A stretch of 64,000 bases of DNA from the human T2T-CHM13v2.0 reference genome, Homo sapiens, in the NCBI RefSeq assembly GCF_009914755.1, contig NC_060928.1; one strand, given 5' to 3'. Below are positions 43,321 through 60,000 of the stretch, one piece after another. The notes beneath the pieces were generated by a model. That model was not told where the DNA came from and ran no database searches. It was given only the letters and a program-made list of their open reading frames with translations. The position numbers and the translations under genes are program-made. Position 1 is the first letter of the stretch. Each line of letters starts with the position of its first letter.

Positions 43321-46300
43321 ATACATACTATTGGTACTTTGATATTTTATGTACAGTATACAATATATAGTTTGAGGACTTTGATATTTTATGTCCAGTA
43401 TAAAATATATAGATTTCATACTTTGATATTTTATGTACTGAATGTAGTTTGAGTACTTTGATATTTTATGTACACTTTAATATAAAAGTTTGGGTACTTT
43501 CATATTTTACGTACAGTATATAATACATACTTTGGGCACTTTGATGTTTTATGTACAGTATATAATACATACTTTGGGTTCTTTGATATTTTATGTACAG
43601 CATATAATACATAATTTGGGGACTTATATTTTATGTACATTATATTATACATACTTTGGGTACTTTTATATTTTATGTACGGTATATAATACACACTTTG
43701 GGTACTTTGATATATTATGTACAGTATATAATACATACTTTGGGTACTTTGATATATTATGTACAGTATATAATACATACTAAGGGTACTTTGACATTTT
43801 ATGTACAGTACATAATACATACTTTGGGTACTTTGATATTTTATGTACAGTATGTAATGCATACTTTGGATACTTTGATATTTTATGTACAGTAGATAAT
43901 ACATACTTTGGGTACTTTTATATTTTATGTACAGTATATAATATATAGTTTGGGTACTTTGATATTTTATGTACGGTATATAATACATACTTTGGGTACT
44001 TTGATATTTTATGTACAGTATATAATACATACTTTGGGTACTCTGATATTTTATGTACCGTATACAATATATAGTTTGAGTACTTTGATATTTTATGTAC
44101 TGTATAAAATATATAGTTTTCGTACTTTGATATTTTATGTACAGTATATAGTTTGAGTACTTTGATATTTTATGTACAGTTTATTATAAATGTTTGGGTG
44201 CTTTCATATTTTATGTACAGTATATAATACATACAAAGGGCACTTTGTTATTTTATATACAGTATATAATACATACTTTGGGTACTCTGATATTTTATGT
44301 ACAGTGTATAATACATACTTTGGGTACTTTGATATTTTATGTACAATATATAATACATACGTTGGGAACTTTGATATATTATGTACAGTATATAATACAT
44401 ACTTTGGGTACTTTGATATTTTATCTACAGTATACAACACATAGTTTGTGTACTTTGATATTTTATGTACAGTATATAATACATACTTTGGGTACTTTGA
44501 TATTTTATGTACAGTATATAATACATACTTTGGGTACTTTCATATTTTATGTACAGTATATAATACATAGTTTGGTTACTTTGATATTTTATCTACAGCT
44601 TATAATACATACATTGGATACTTTGATACTTTATGTACAGTATATAATACATACTTTGGGTACTTTGATATTTTATGTACAGTATACAATATATAGTTTG
44701 AGTACTTTGATATTTTATGTGCAGTATAAAATATATAGTTTTGGTACTTTCATATTTTATGTACAGTATATAGTTTGAGTACTTTGATATTTTATGTACA
44801 GTTTTTTATAAATGTTTGGGTGCTTTCCCATTTTATGTACAGTATATAATACATACTAAGGGCACTTTGATATTTTATGTACAGTATATAATACATACTT
44901 CGGGTACTTTGATATTTTATGTACGTCATATAATATATAGTTTGGGTATTTTGATATTTTATGTACAGTATATAATACATACCTTGGGTACTTTGATATT
45001 TTATGTACAGTACATAATATATAGTTTGGGTATGTTGATATTTTATGTACAGTATATAATACATACTTTGGGTACTTTGATATTTTATGTACAGTATATA
45101 GTACATACTTTGGGAACTTTGATATTTTATGTACAGTATGTAAAACATACTTTGGTTACTTTGATATTTTATGTACATTATATAATACATACTATTGGTA
45201 CTTTGATATTTTATGTACATTATACAATATATAGTTTGAGTACTTTGATATTTTATGTCCAGTATAAAATATATAGATTTCATACTTTGATATTTTATGT
45301 ACAGAATATAGTTTGAGTACTTTGATATTTTATGTACAGTTTATTATAAAAGTTTGTGTACTTTCATATTTTACGTACAGTATATAATACATACTTTGGG
45401 CACTTTGATGTTTTATGTACAGTATATAATACATAATTTAGGTTCTTTTATATTTTATGTACAGCATATAATACAAAATTTGGGATCTTTTATATTTTAT
45501 GTACATTATATAATACATACTTTGGGTACTTTTATATTTTATGTACGGTATATAATACATACTTTGGGTACTTTGATATATTATGTACAGTATATAATAC
45601 ATACTTTGGGTAATTTGATATATTATATACAGTATATAATACATACTTAGGGTACTTGGACATTTTATGTACAGTAAATAATACATACTTTGGGTACTTT
45701 GATATTTTATGAACAGTATATAATACATACTTTGGGTACTTTGATATTTTTTGTACTGTATATAATACATACTTTGGGTACTTTTATATTTTATGTACAG
45801 TATATAATATATAGTTTGGGTACTTTGATATTTTATGTACGGTATATAATACATACTTTGGGTACTTTGATATTTTATGTATAGTATATAATACATACTT
45901 TGGGTACTTTGATATTGTATGTACAGTATACAATATATAGTTTGAGTTCTTTCATATTTTATGTACTGTATAAAATATATAGTTTTGGTACTTTGATATT
46001 TTATGTATAGTATATAGTTTGAGTACTTTGATATTTTATGTACAGTTTTTTATAAATATTTGGGTGCCTTCATATTTTATGTACAGTATATAATACATAC
46101 TAAGCGCACTTTGATATTTTATGTACAGTATATAATACATACTTTGGTTACTCTGATATTTTATGTACAGTGTATAATACATACTTTGGGTACTTTGATA
46201 TTTTATGTACAATATATAATACATACGTTGGGAACTTTGATATATTATGTACAGTATATAATACATACTTTGGTACTTTGATATTTTATGCACAGTATAT

Positions 46301-49300
46301 AATACATAGTTTGTGTACTTTGATGTTTTATGTACAGTATATAATACATACTTTGGGTACTTTGATATTTTATATACAGTATATAATACATACTTTGGGT
46401 ACTTTCATATTTTATGTACAGTATATAATATATAGTTTGGGTACTTTGATATTTTATCTACAGCTTATAATACATACTTTGGGTACTTTGATACTTTATG
46501 TACAGTACATAATACATACTTTGGGTACTTTGATATTTTATGTACAGTATACAATATATAGTTTGAGTACTTTGATATTTTATGTGCAGTATAAAATATA
46601 TAGTTTTGGTACTTTGATATTTTATGTACAGTTTATAGTTTGAGTACTTTGATATTTTATGTACAGTTTATTATAAATGTTTGGGTACTTTCATATTTGA
46701 TGTACAGTATATAATACATAATTTGGGCACTTTGATATTTTATGTACAGTATATAATACATACTTTGGGTACTTTTGTATTTTATGTACAGTATATAATA
46801 CATACTTTTGGTACTTTGATATTTAATGTACAGTATATAATACACACTTTGCGTACTTTGATATTTTATGTAAAGCATGTAATACATACTTTGGGCAGTT
46901 TGATATTTTATGTACAGTATGTAATACACAATTTGGGTACTTTGATATTTTATGTACAGTATGTAAAACATACTTTGGGTAGTTTGATATATTATGTACA
47001 GTATATAATACATACTTTGGGTACTCTGATATTTTATATACAGTGTATAATACATACTTTGGGTACTTTGATATTTTATGTACAGTATATAATACATACA
47101 TTGGGTACTTTGATATATTATGTACAGTATATAATACTTACTTGGGGTACTTTGATATTTTATGTACAGTATATAATACATACTTTGTGTACTTTGATAT
47201 TTTATGTACAGTATATAACACATACTTTGGGTACTTTGATATTTTATGTACAGCATATAATACATACTTTGGGTATCTTGATATTTTATGAACAGTATAT
47301 AATGCATACTTTGAGTACTTTGATATTTTATGTACAGTATGTAATACATACTTTGGGTACTTTGATATTTTATGTATAGTATATAATACATACTTTGTGT
47401 AGTTTAATATTTTATGTACAGTATACAATATATAGTTTGAGTACTTTGATATTTTATGTCCAGTATAAATTATATAGTTTTCCTAATTGATATTTTATGT
47501 ACAGAATATAGTTTGAGTACTTTGATATTTTATGTACACTTTATTATAAATGTTTGGGTACTTTCATATTCTATGTACAGTATATAATACATACTTTGGT
47601 CTCTTTGATGTTTTATGAACAGTATATAATACATACTTTGGGTTCTTTGATATTTTATGTACAGAATATAATGCATAGTTTTAGGTACTTTTATATTTAT
47701 GTACAGTATATAATACATACTTTGGGTACTTTGATATTTTATGTACAGTATATAATACATACTTTGGGAACTTTGATATTTTATGTACAGTATGTAATAC
47801 ATACTTTGGGTACTTTGATATTTTATGTACAGTATATAATACATATTATTGGTACTTTGATATTTTATGTACAGTATACAATATATAGTTTGAGTGCTTT
47901 GATATTTTATGTCCAGTATAAAATACATGGATTTCATACTTTGATATTTTATGTACAGAATATAGTTTGAGTACTTTGATATTTTATGTACACTTTATCA
48001 TAAAAGTTTGGGTACTTTCATATTTTACGTACAGTATATAATACATACTTTGGGCACTTTGATGTTTTATGTACAGTATATAATACATACTTTGGGTTCT
48101 TTGATATGTTATGTACAGCATATAGTACATAATTTGGGGACTTTTATATTTTATGTACATTATATAATACATACTTTGCGTACTTTTATATTTTATGTAC
48201 GGTATATAATACATACTTTGGGTACTTTGATATATTATGTACAGTATATAATACATACTTTGGGTACTTTGATATATTATGTACAGTATATAATACATAC
48301 TTAGGGTACTTTGACATTTTATGTACAGTACATAATACATACTTTCGGTACTTTGATATTTTATGTACAGTATATAATACATACTTTGGGTACTTTGATA
48401 TTTTATGTACAGTATATAATACATGTTTTGGGTACTTTTACATTTTATGTACAGTATATAATATATAGTTTGGGTACTTTGATATTTTATGTACGGTATA
48501 TAATACATACTTTGGGTACTTTGATATTTTATGTACAGTATATAATACATACTTTGGGTACTTTAATAATTTATGTACAGTATATAATACATACTTTGGG
48601 TACTTTGATATTTAATGTACAGTATATAATACACACTTTGCGTACTTTGATATTTTATGTAAAGTATGTAATACATACTTTGGGTACTTTGATATTTTAT
48701 GTACAGTATGTAATACACGCTTTGGGTACTTTGATATTTTATGTAGAGTATGTAAAACATACTTTGGGTAGTTTGTTATTTTATGATCAGTATATAATAC
48801 ATACTTTGGGTACTTTGATATTTTATGTACAGTATATAATACATACTTTGGGTACTTTGATATTTTATGTACAGTATATAATGCATAATTTGGGTACTTC
48901 AATAGTTTATGCACAGTATATAATACATACTTTGGGTAATTTGATATTTTATGTACAGTATATAATGCATACTTTGGGTACTTTGATAGTTTATGTACAG
49001 TATACAATACATACTTTGGGTACTTTGATATTTTATGTACAGTATATAATATGTAGTTTGGGTACTTTGATATTTTAACTACAGTATATAATACATACTT
49101 TGGGTACTTTGATATTTTATCTACAGTATATAATAGATACTTTGGGTACTTTGATATATTATGTACAGTATGTAATACATAGTTTGGTTACTTTGATATT
49201 TTTTGTACAGTATGTAAAACATACTTTGGGGAGTTTGATATTTTATGAACAGTATATAATACACATTTTGGGTACTTTGATATTTTATGTACGGTATATA

Positions 49301-50525
49301 ATACATACTTTGGGTACTTTGATATTTTATGTACAGTATATAATTCATACTTTGGGTACTTTGATATTTTATGTACAGTATATAATACATACATTGGGTA
49401 CTTCGATATTTTATGTGCAGTACCCTATATATAGTTTGGGTACTTTGATATTTTATGTCCAGTATAAAATAAATAGTTTTGGTACTTTGATATTTTATGT
49501 ACAGTATATAGTTTGAGTTCTTTGATATTTAATGTTCAGTTTATTATAAATGTTTGGGTGCTTTCATATTTTATATACAGTATATAATACATACTTTGGG
49601 CACTTTGATATTTTCTGTACAGTATATAATACATACTTTGAGTACTTTGATATTTTATGTACGGTATATAATACATACATTGGGTACTTTGATATTTTAT
49701 GTACAGTATATAATATATAGTTTGGTTACTTTGATATTTTATAGACAGTATATAATATATATTATGTGTACTTTGATATATTATGTACAGTATATAATAT
49801 ATAGTATGGGTTGTTTGATATTTTATGTACAGTATATAATATATAGTTTGGGTAGTTTGATATTTTTAGTACAGTATGTAATATATAGTTTGTTTTATTT
49901 GATATTTTATATACAGTATACAATATGTAGTATTGTTACTTTGATATTTCATGTAAAGTATATAGTTTGAGTACTTTGATATTTTATATGCAGTTTATTA
50001 TAAATGTTTGGGTACCTTCATATTTTATGTACAGTATATAATACATACTTTGGGAACTTTTATTTTATGTGCAGTATATAATACATACTTTGGGTACTTT
50101 GATATTTCATGTACAGTATATAATACACACTTTGGGTACTTTGATATTTTATGTACAGTATATAATACACACTTTGGGTACTTTGATATTTTATGTACAG
50201 TATATAATACATACTTTGGGTACTTTGATGTATTATGTACAGTATATAATACATACTTTGGGTACTTTGATATTTTATGTACAGTATATAATACATACTT
50301 TGGGTACTTTGATATTTTATGTACAGTATGTAATACACACTTTGGGTACTTTGATATTTTATGTACAGTATGTAAAACATACTTTGGGTAGTTTGATATA
50401 TTATGTACAGTATATAATACATACTTTGGGTACTCTGATATTTTATGTACAGTGTATAATACATACTTTGGGTACTTTGATATTTTATGTACAGTATATA
50501 ATACATACATTGGGTACTTTGATAT
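40830..50525 (+). repeat. Copy 1 of a near-identical ~9.7-kb duplication (period 10,254 bp)
   Basis: Sixteen ORF pairs spanning the segment are all offset by exactly 10254, from 41038/51292 to 50069/60323. The copies share private variants such as GCTTTCCCATT (44822/55076) and GGGGACTTATAT (~43618/53872). Confidence 0.93.
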
Positions 50526-51083
50526 ATTATGTACAGTATATAATACTTACTTGGGGTATCTTGATATTTTATGTACAGTATATAATGCATACTTTGGGTA
50601 CTTTGATATTTTATGTACAGTATATAATGCATACTTTGAGTACTTTGATATTTTATGTACAGTATGTAATACATACTTTGGGTACTTTGATATTTTATGT
50701 ATAGTATATAATACATACTTTGTGTAGTTTGATATTTTATGTACAGTATACAATATATAGTTTGAGTACTTTGATATTTTATGTCCAGTATAAAATATAT
50801 AGTTTTCCTAATTGATATTTTATGTACAGAATATAGTTTGAGTACTTTGATATTTTATGTACACTTTATTATAAATGTTTGGGTACTTTCATATTTTATG
50901 TACAGTATATAATACATACTTTGGTCTCTTTGATGTTTTATGTACAGTATATAATACATACTTTGTGTTCTTTGATATTTTATGTGCAGAATATAATGCA
51001 TAGTTTTAGGTACTTTTATATTTTATGTACAGTATATAATACATACTTTGGGTACTTTGATATTTTATGTACAGTATATAATA

Positions 51084-54000
51084 CATACTTTGGGTACTTT
51101 GATATTTTATGTACAGTATATAATACATATTATTGGTACTTTGATATTTTATGTACAGTATACAATATATAGTTTGAGTACTTTGATATTTTATGTCCAG
51201 TATAAAATACGTAGATTTCATACTTTGATATTTTATGTACAGAATATAGTTTGAGTACTTTGATATTTTATGTACACTTTATCATAAAAGTTTGGGTACT
51301 TTCATATTTTACGTACAGTATATAATGCATACTTTGGGCACTTTGATGTTTTATGTACAGTATATAATACATACTTTGGGTTCTTTGATATGTTATGTAC
51401 AGCATATACTACATAATTTGGGGACTTTTATATTTTATGTACATTATATAATACATACTTTGGGTACTTTTATATTTTATGTACGGTATATAATACATAC
51501 TTTGGGTACTTTGATATATTATGTACAGTATATAATACATACTTTGGGTACTTTGATATATTATGTACAGTATATAATACATAGTTAGGGTACTTTGACA
51601 TTTTATGTACAGTACATAATACATACTTTGGGTACTTTGATATTTTATGTACAGTATATAATACATACTTTGGGTACTTTGATATTTTATGTACAGTATA
51701 TAATACATGTTTTGGGTACTTTTACATTTTATGTACAGTATAAAATATATAGTTTGGGTACTTTGATATTTTATGTACGGTATATAATACATACTTTGGG
51801 TACTTTGATATTTTATGTACAGTATATAATACATACTTTGGGTACTTTGATATTTTATGTACAGTATATAATACATACTTTGGGTACTTTGATATTTAAT
51901 GTACAGTATATAATACACACTTTGCGTACTTTGATATTTTATGTAAAGTATGTAATACATACTTTGGGTACTTTGATATTTTATGTACAGTATGTAATAC
52001 ACGCTTTGGGTACTTTGATATTTTATGTAGAGTATGTAAAACATACTTTGGGTAGTTTGGTATTTTATGATCAGTATATAATACATATTTTGGGTACTTT
52101 GATATTTTATGTACAGTATATAATACATACTTTGGGTACTTTGATATTTTATGTACAGTATATAATGCATAATTTGGGTACTTCAATAGTTTATGCACAG
52201 TATATAATACATACTTTGGGTAATTTGATATTTTATGTACAGTATATAATGCATACTTTGGGTACTTTGATAGTTTATGTACAGTATACAATACATACTT
52301 TGGGTACTTTGATATTTTATGTACAGTATATAATATGTAGTTTGGGTACTTTGATATTTTAACTACAGTATATAATGCATACTTTGGGTACTTTGATAGT
52401 TTATCTACAGTATATAATAGATACTTTGGGTACTTTGATATATTATGTACAGTATATAATACATAGTTTGGTTACTTTGATATTTTTTGTACAGTATGTA
52501 AAACATACTTTGGGGAGTTTGATATTTTATGAACAGTATATAATACACATTTTGGGTACTTTGATATTTTATGTACGGTATATAATACATACTTTGGGTA
52601 CTTTGATATTTTATGTACAGTATATAATTCATACTTTGGGTACTTTGATATTTTATGTACAGTATATAATACATACATTGGGTACTTCGATATTTTATGT
52701 GCAGTACCCTATATATAGTTTGGGTACTTTGATATTTTATGTCCAGTATAAAATAAATAGTTTTGGTACTTTGATATTTTATGTACAGTATATAGTTTGA
52801 GTACTTTGATATTTAATGTTCAGTTTATTATAAATGTTTGGGTGCTTTCATATTTTATATACAGTATATAATACATACTTTCGGCACTTTGATATTTTCT
52901 GTACAGTATATAATACATACTTTGGGTACTTTGATATTTTATGTATGGTATATAATACATACATTGGGTACTTTGATATTTTATGTAAAGTATATAATAT
53001 ATAGTTTGGTTACTTTGGTATTTTATATACAGTATATAATATATATTATGTGTACTTTGATATATTATGTACAGTATATAATATATAGTATGGGTTGTTT
53101 GATATTTTATGTACAGTATATAATATATAGTTTGGGTAGTTTGATATTTTTAGTACAGTATGTAATATATAGTTTGTTTTATTTGATATTTTATGTACAG
53201 TATACAATATATAGTATTGGTACTTTGATATTTCATGTAAAGTATATAGTTTGAGTACTTTGATATTTTATATGCAGTTTATTATAAATGTTTGGGTACC
53301 TTCATATTTTATGTACAGTATATAATACATACTTTGGGAACTTTTATTTTATGTGCAGTATATAATACATACTTTGGGTACTTTGATATTTCATGTACAG
53401 TATATAATACACACTTTGGGTACTTTGATATTTTATGTAGAGTATATAATACACACTTTGGGTACTTTGATATTTTATGTACAGTATATAATACATACTT
53501 TGGGTACTTTGATGTATTATGTACAGTATATAATACATACTTTGGGTACTTTGATATTTTATGTACAGTATATAATACATACTATTGGTACTTTGATATT
53601 TTATGTACAGTATACAATATATAGTTTGAGGACTTTGATATTTTATGTCCAGTATAAAATATATAGATTTCATACTTTGATATTTTATGTACTGAATGTA
53701 GTTTGAGTACTTTGATATTTTATGTACACTTTAATATAAAAGTTTGGGTACTTTCATATTTTACGTACAGTATATAATACATACTTTGGGCACTTTGATG
53801 TTTTATGTACAGTATATAATACATACTTTGGGTTCTTTGATATTTTATGTACAGCATATAATACATAATTTGGGGACTTATATTTTATGTACATTATATT
53901 ATACATACTTTGGGTACTTTTATATTTTATGTACGGTATATAATACACACTTTGGGTACTTTGATATATTATGTACAGTATATAATACATACTTTGGGTA

Positions 54001-57000
54001 CTTTGATATATTATGTACAGTATATAATACATACTAAGGGTACTTTGACATTTTATGTACAGTACATAATACATACTTTGGGTACTTTGATATTTTATGT
54101 ACAGTATGTAATGCATACTTTGGATACTTTGATATTTTATGTACAGTATATAATACATACTTTGGGTACTTTTATATTTTATGTACAGTATATAATATAT
54201 AGTTTGGGTACTTTGATATTTTATGTACGGTATATAATACATACTTTGGGTACTTTGATATTTTATGTACAGTATATAATACATACTTTGGGTACTCTGA
54301 TATTTTATGTACCGTATACAATATATAGTTTGAGTACTTTGATATTTTATGTACTGTATAAAATATATAGTTTTCGTACTTTGATATTTTATGTACAGTA
54401 TATAGTTTGAGTACTTTGATATTTTATGTACAGTTTATTATAAATGTTTGGGTGCTTTCATATTTTATGTACAGTATATAATACATACAAAGGGCACTTT
54501 GTTATTTTATGTACAGTATATAATACATACTTTGGGTACTCTGATATTTTATGTACAGTGTATAATACATACTTTGGGTACTTTGATATTTTATGTACAA
54601 TATATAATACATACGTTGGGAACTTTGATATATTATGTACAGTATATAATACATACTTTGGGTACTTTGATATTTTATCTACAGTATACAACACATAGTT
54701 TGTGTACTTTGATATTTTATGTACAGTATATAATACATACTTTGGGTACTTTGATATTTTATGTACAGTATATAATACATACTTTGGGTACTTTCATATT
54801 TTATGTACAGTATATAATACATAGTTTGGTTACTTTGATATTTTATCTACAGCTTATAATACATACATTGGATACTTTGATACTTTATGTACAGTATATA
54901 ATACATACTTTGGGTACTTTGATATTTTATGTACAGTATACAATATATAGTTTGAGTACTTTGATATTTTATGTGCAGTATAAAATATATAGTTTTGGTA
55001 CTTTCATATTTTATGTACAGTATATAGTTTGAGTACTTTGATATTTTATGTACAGTTTTTTATAAATGTTTGGGTGCTTTCCCATTTTATGTACAGTATA
55101 TAATACATACTAAGGGCACTTTGATATTTTATGTACAGTATATAATACATACTTCGGGTACTTTGATATTTTATGTACGTCATATAATATATAGTTTGGG
55201 TACTTTGATATTTTATGTACAGTATATAATACATACCTTGGGTACTTTGATATTTTATGTACAGTACATAATATATAGTTTGGGTATGTTGATATTTTAT
55301 GTACAGTATATAATACATACTTTGGGTACTTTGATATTTTATGTACAGTATATAGTACATACTTTGGGAACTTTGATATTTTATGTACAGTATGTAAAAC
55401 ATACTTTGGTTACTTTGATATTTTATGTACATTATATAATACATACTATTGGTACTTTGATATTTTATGTACATTATACAATATATAGTTTGAGTACTTT
55501 GATATTTTATGTCCAGTATAAAATATATAGATTTCATACTTTGATATTTTATGTACAGAATATAGTTTGAGTACTTTGATATTTTATGTACAGTTTATTA
55601 TAAAAGTTTGTGTACTTTCATATTTTACGTACAGTATATAATACATACTTTGGGCACTTTGATGTTTTATGTACAGTATATAATACATAATTTAGGTTCT
55701 TTTATATTTTATGTACAGCATATAATACAAAATTTGGGATCTTTTATATTTTATGTACATTATATAATACATACTTTGGGTACTTTTATATTTTATGTAC
55801 GGTATATAATACATACTTTGGGTACTTTGATATATTATGTACAGTATATAATACATACTTTGGGTAATTTGATATATTATATACAGTATATAATACATAC
55901 TTAGGGTACTTTGACATTTTATGTACAGTAAATAATACATACTTTGGGTACTTTGATATTTTATGAACAGTATATAATACATACTTTGGGTACTTTGATA
56001 TTTTTTGTACTGTATATAATACATACTTTGGGTACTTTTATATTTTATGTACAGTATATAATATATAGTTTGGGTACTTTGATATTTTATGTACGGTATA
56101 TAATACATACTTTGGGTACTTTGATATTTTATGTATAGTATATAATACATACTTTGGGTACTTTGATATTGTATGTACAGTATACAATATGTAGTTTGAG
56201 TTCTTTGATATTTTATGTACTGTATAAAATATATAGTTTTGGTACTTTGATATTTTATGTATAGTATATAGTTTGAGTACTTTGATATTTTATGTACAGT
56301 TTTTTATAAATATTTGGGTGCCTTCATATTTTATGTACAGTATATAATACATACTAAGCGCACTTTGATATTTTATGTACAGTATATAATACATACTTTG
56401 GTTACTCTGATATTTTATGTACAGTGTATAATACATACTTTGGGTACTTTGATATTTTATGTACAATATATAATACATACGTTGGGAACTTTGATATATT
56501 ATGTACAGTATATAATACATACTTTGGTACTTTGATATTTTATGCACAGTATATAATACATAGTTTGTGTACTTTGATGTTTTATGTACAGTATATAATA
56601 CATACTTTGGGTACTTTGATATTTTATATACAGTATATAATACATACTTTGGGTACTTTCATATTTTATGTACAGTATATAATATATAGTTTGGGTACTT
56701 TGATATTTTATCTACAGCTTATAATACATACTTTGGGTACTTTGATACTTTATGTACAGTACATAATACATACTTTGGGTACTTTGATATTTTATGTACA
56801 GTATACAATATATAGTTTGAGTACTTTGATATTTTATGTGCAGTATAAAATATATAGTTTTGGTACTTTGATATTTTATGTACAGTTTATAGTTTGAGTA
56901 CTTTGATATTTTATGTACAGTTTATTATAAATGTTTGGGTACTTTCATATTTGATGTACAGTATATAATACATAATTTGGGCACTTTGATATTTTATGTA

Positions 57001-60000
57001 CAGTATATAATACATACTTTGGGTACTTTTGTATTTTATGTACAGTATATAATACATACTTTTGGTACTTTGATATTTAATGTACAGTATATAATACACA
57101 CTTTGCGTACTTTGATATTTTATGTAAAGCATGTAATACATACTTTGGGCAGTTTGATATTTTATGTACAGTATGTAATACACAATTTGGGTACTTTGAT
57201 ATTTTATGTACAGTATGTAAAACATACTTTGGGTAGTTTGATATATTATGTACAGTATATAATACATACTTTGGGTACTCTGATATTTTATATACAGTGT
57301 ATAATACATACTTTGGGTACTTTGATATTTTATGTACAGTATATAATACATACATTGGGTACTTTGATATATTATGTACAGTATATAATACTTACTTGGG
57401 GTACTTTGATATTTTATGTACAGTATATAATACATACTTTGTGTACTTTGATATTTTATGTACAGTATATAACACATACTTTGGGTACTTTGATATTTTA
57501 TGTACAGCATATAATACATACTTTGGGTATCTTGATATTTTATGAACAGTATATAATGCATACTTTGAGTACTTTGATATTTTATGTACAGTATGTAATA
57601 CATACTTTGGGTACTTTGATATTTTATGTATAGTATATAATACATACTTTGTGTAGTTTGATATTTTATGTACAGTATACAATATATAGTTTGAGTACTT
57701 TGATATTTTATGTCCAGTATAAATTATATAGTTTTCCTAATTGATATTTTATGTACAGAATATAGTTTGAGTACTTTGATATTTTATGTACACTTTATTA
57801 TAAATGTTTGGGTACTTTCATATTCTATGAACAGTATATAATACATACTTTGGTCTCTTTGATGTTTTATGAACAGTATATAATACATACTTTGGGTTCT
57901 TTGATATTTTATGTACAGAATATAATGCATAGTTTTAGGTACTTTTATATTTATGTACAGTATATAATACATACTTTGGGTACTTTGATATTTTATGTAC
58001 AGTATATAATACATACTTTGGGAACTTTGATATTTTATGTACAGTATGTAATACATACTTTGGGTACTTTGATATTTTATGTACAGTATATAATACATAT
58101 TATTGGTACTTTGATATTTTATGTACAGTATACAATATATAGTTTGAGTACTTTGATATTTTATGTCCAGTATAAAATACATAGATTTCATACTTTGATA
58201 TTTTATGTACAGAATATAGTTTGAGTACTTTGATATTTTATGTACACTTTATCATAAAAGTTTGGGTACTTTCATATTTTACGTACAGTATATAATACAT
58301 AATTTGGGCACTTTGATGTTTTATGTACAGTATATAATACATACTTTGGGTTCTTTGATATGTTATGTACAGCATATAGTACATAATTTGGGGACTTTTA
58401 TATTTTATGTACATTATATAATACATACTTTGCGTACTTTTATATTTTATGTACGGTATATAATACATACTTTGGGTACTTTGATATATTATGTACAGTA
58501 TATAATACATACTTTGGGTACTTTGATATATTATGTACAATATATAATACATACTTAGGGTACTTTGACATTTTATGTACAGTACATAATACATACTTTG
58601 GGTACTTTGATATTTTATGTACAGTATATAATACATACTTTGGGTACTTTGATATTTTATGTACAGTATATAATACATGTTTTGGGTACTTTTACATTTT
58701 ATGTACAGTATATAATATATAGTTTGGGTACTTTGATATTTTATGTACGGTATATAATACATACTTTGGGTACTTTGATATTTTATGTACAGTATATAAT
58801 ACATACTTTGGGTACTTTGATAATTTATGTACAGTATATAATACATACTTTGGGTACTTTGATATTTAATGTACAGTATATAATACACACTTTGCGTACT
58901 TTGATATTTTATGTAAAGTATGTAATACATACTTTGGGTACTTTGATATTTTATGTACAGTATGTAATACACGCTTTGGGTACTTTGATATTTTATGTAG
59001 AGTATGTAAAACATACTTTGGGTAGTTTGTTATTTTATGATCAGTATATAATACATACTTTGGGTACTTTGATATTTTATGTACAGTATATAATACATAC
59101 TTTGGGTACTTTGATATTTTATGTACAGTATATAATGCATAATTTGGGTACTTCAATAGTTTATGCACAGTATATAATACATACTTTGGGTAATTTGATA
59201 TTTTATGTACAGTATATAATGCATACTTTGGGTACTTTGATAGTTTATGTACAGTATACAATACATACTTTGGGTACTTTGATATTTTATGTACAGTATA
59301 TAATATGTAGTTTGGGTACTTTGATATTTTAACTACAGTATATAATACATACTTTGGGTACTTTGATATTTTATCTACAGTATATAATAGATACTTTGGG
59401 TACTTTGATATATTATGTACAGTATATAATACATAGTTTGGTTACTTTGATATTTTTTGTACAGTATGTAAAACATACTTTGGGGAGTTTGATATTTTAT
59501 GAACAGTATATAATACACATTTTGGGTACTTTGATATTTTATGTACGGTATATAATACATACTTTGGGTACTTTGATATTTTATGTACAGTATATAATTC
59601 ATACTTTGGGTACTTTGATATTTTATGTACAGTATATAATACATACATTGGGTACTTCGATATTTTATGTGCAGTACCCTATATATAGTTTGGGTACTTT
59701 GATATTTTATGTCCAGTATAAAATAAATAGTTTTGGTACTTTGATATTTTATGTACAGTATATAGTTTGAGTTCTTTGATATTTAATGTTCAGTTTATTA
59801 TAAATGTTTGGGTGCTTTCATATTTTATATACAGTATATAATACATACTTTGGGCACTTTGATATTTTCTGTACAGTATATAATACATACTTTGGGTACT
59901 TTGATATTTTATGTACGGTATATAATACATACATTGGGTACTTTGATATTTTATGTACAGTATATAATATATAGTTTGGTTACTTTGATATTTTATAGAC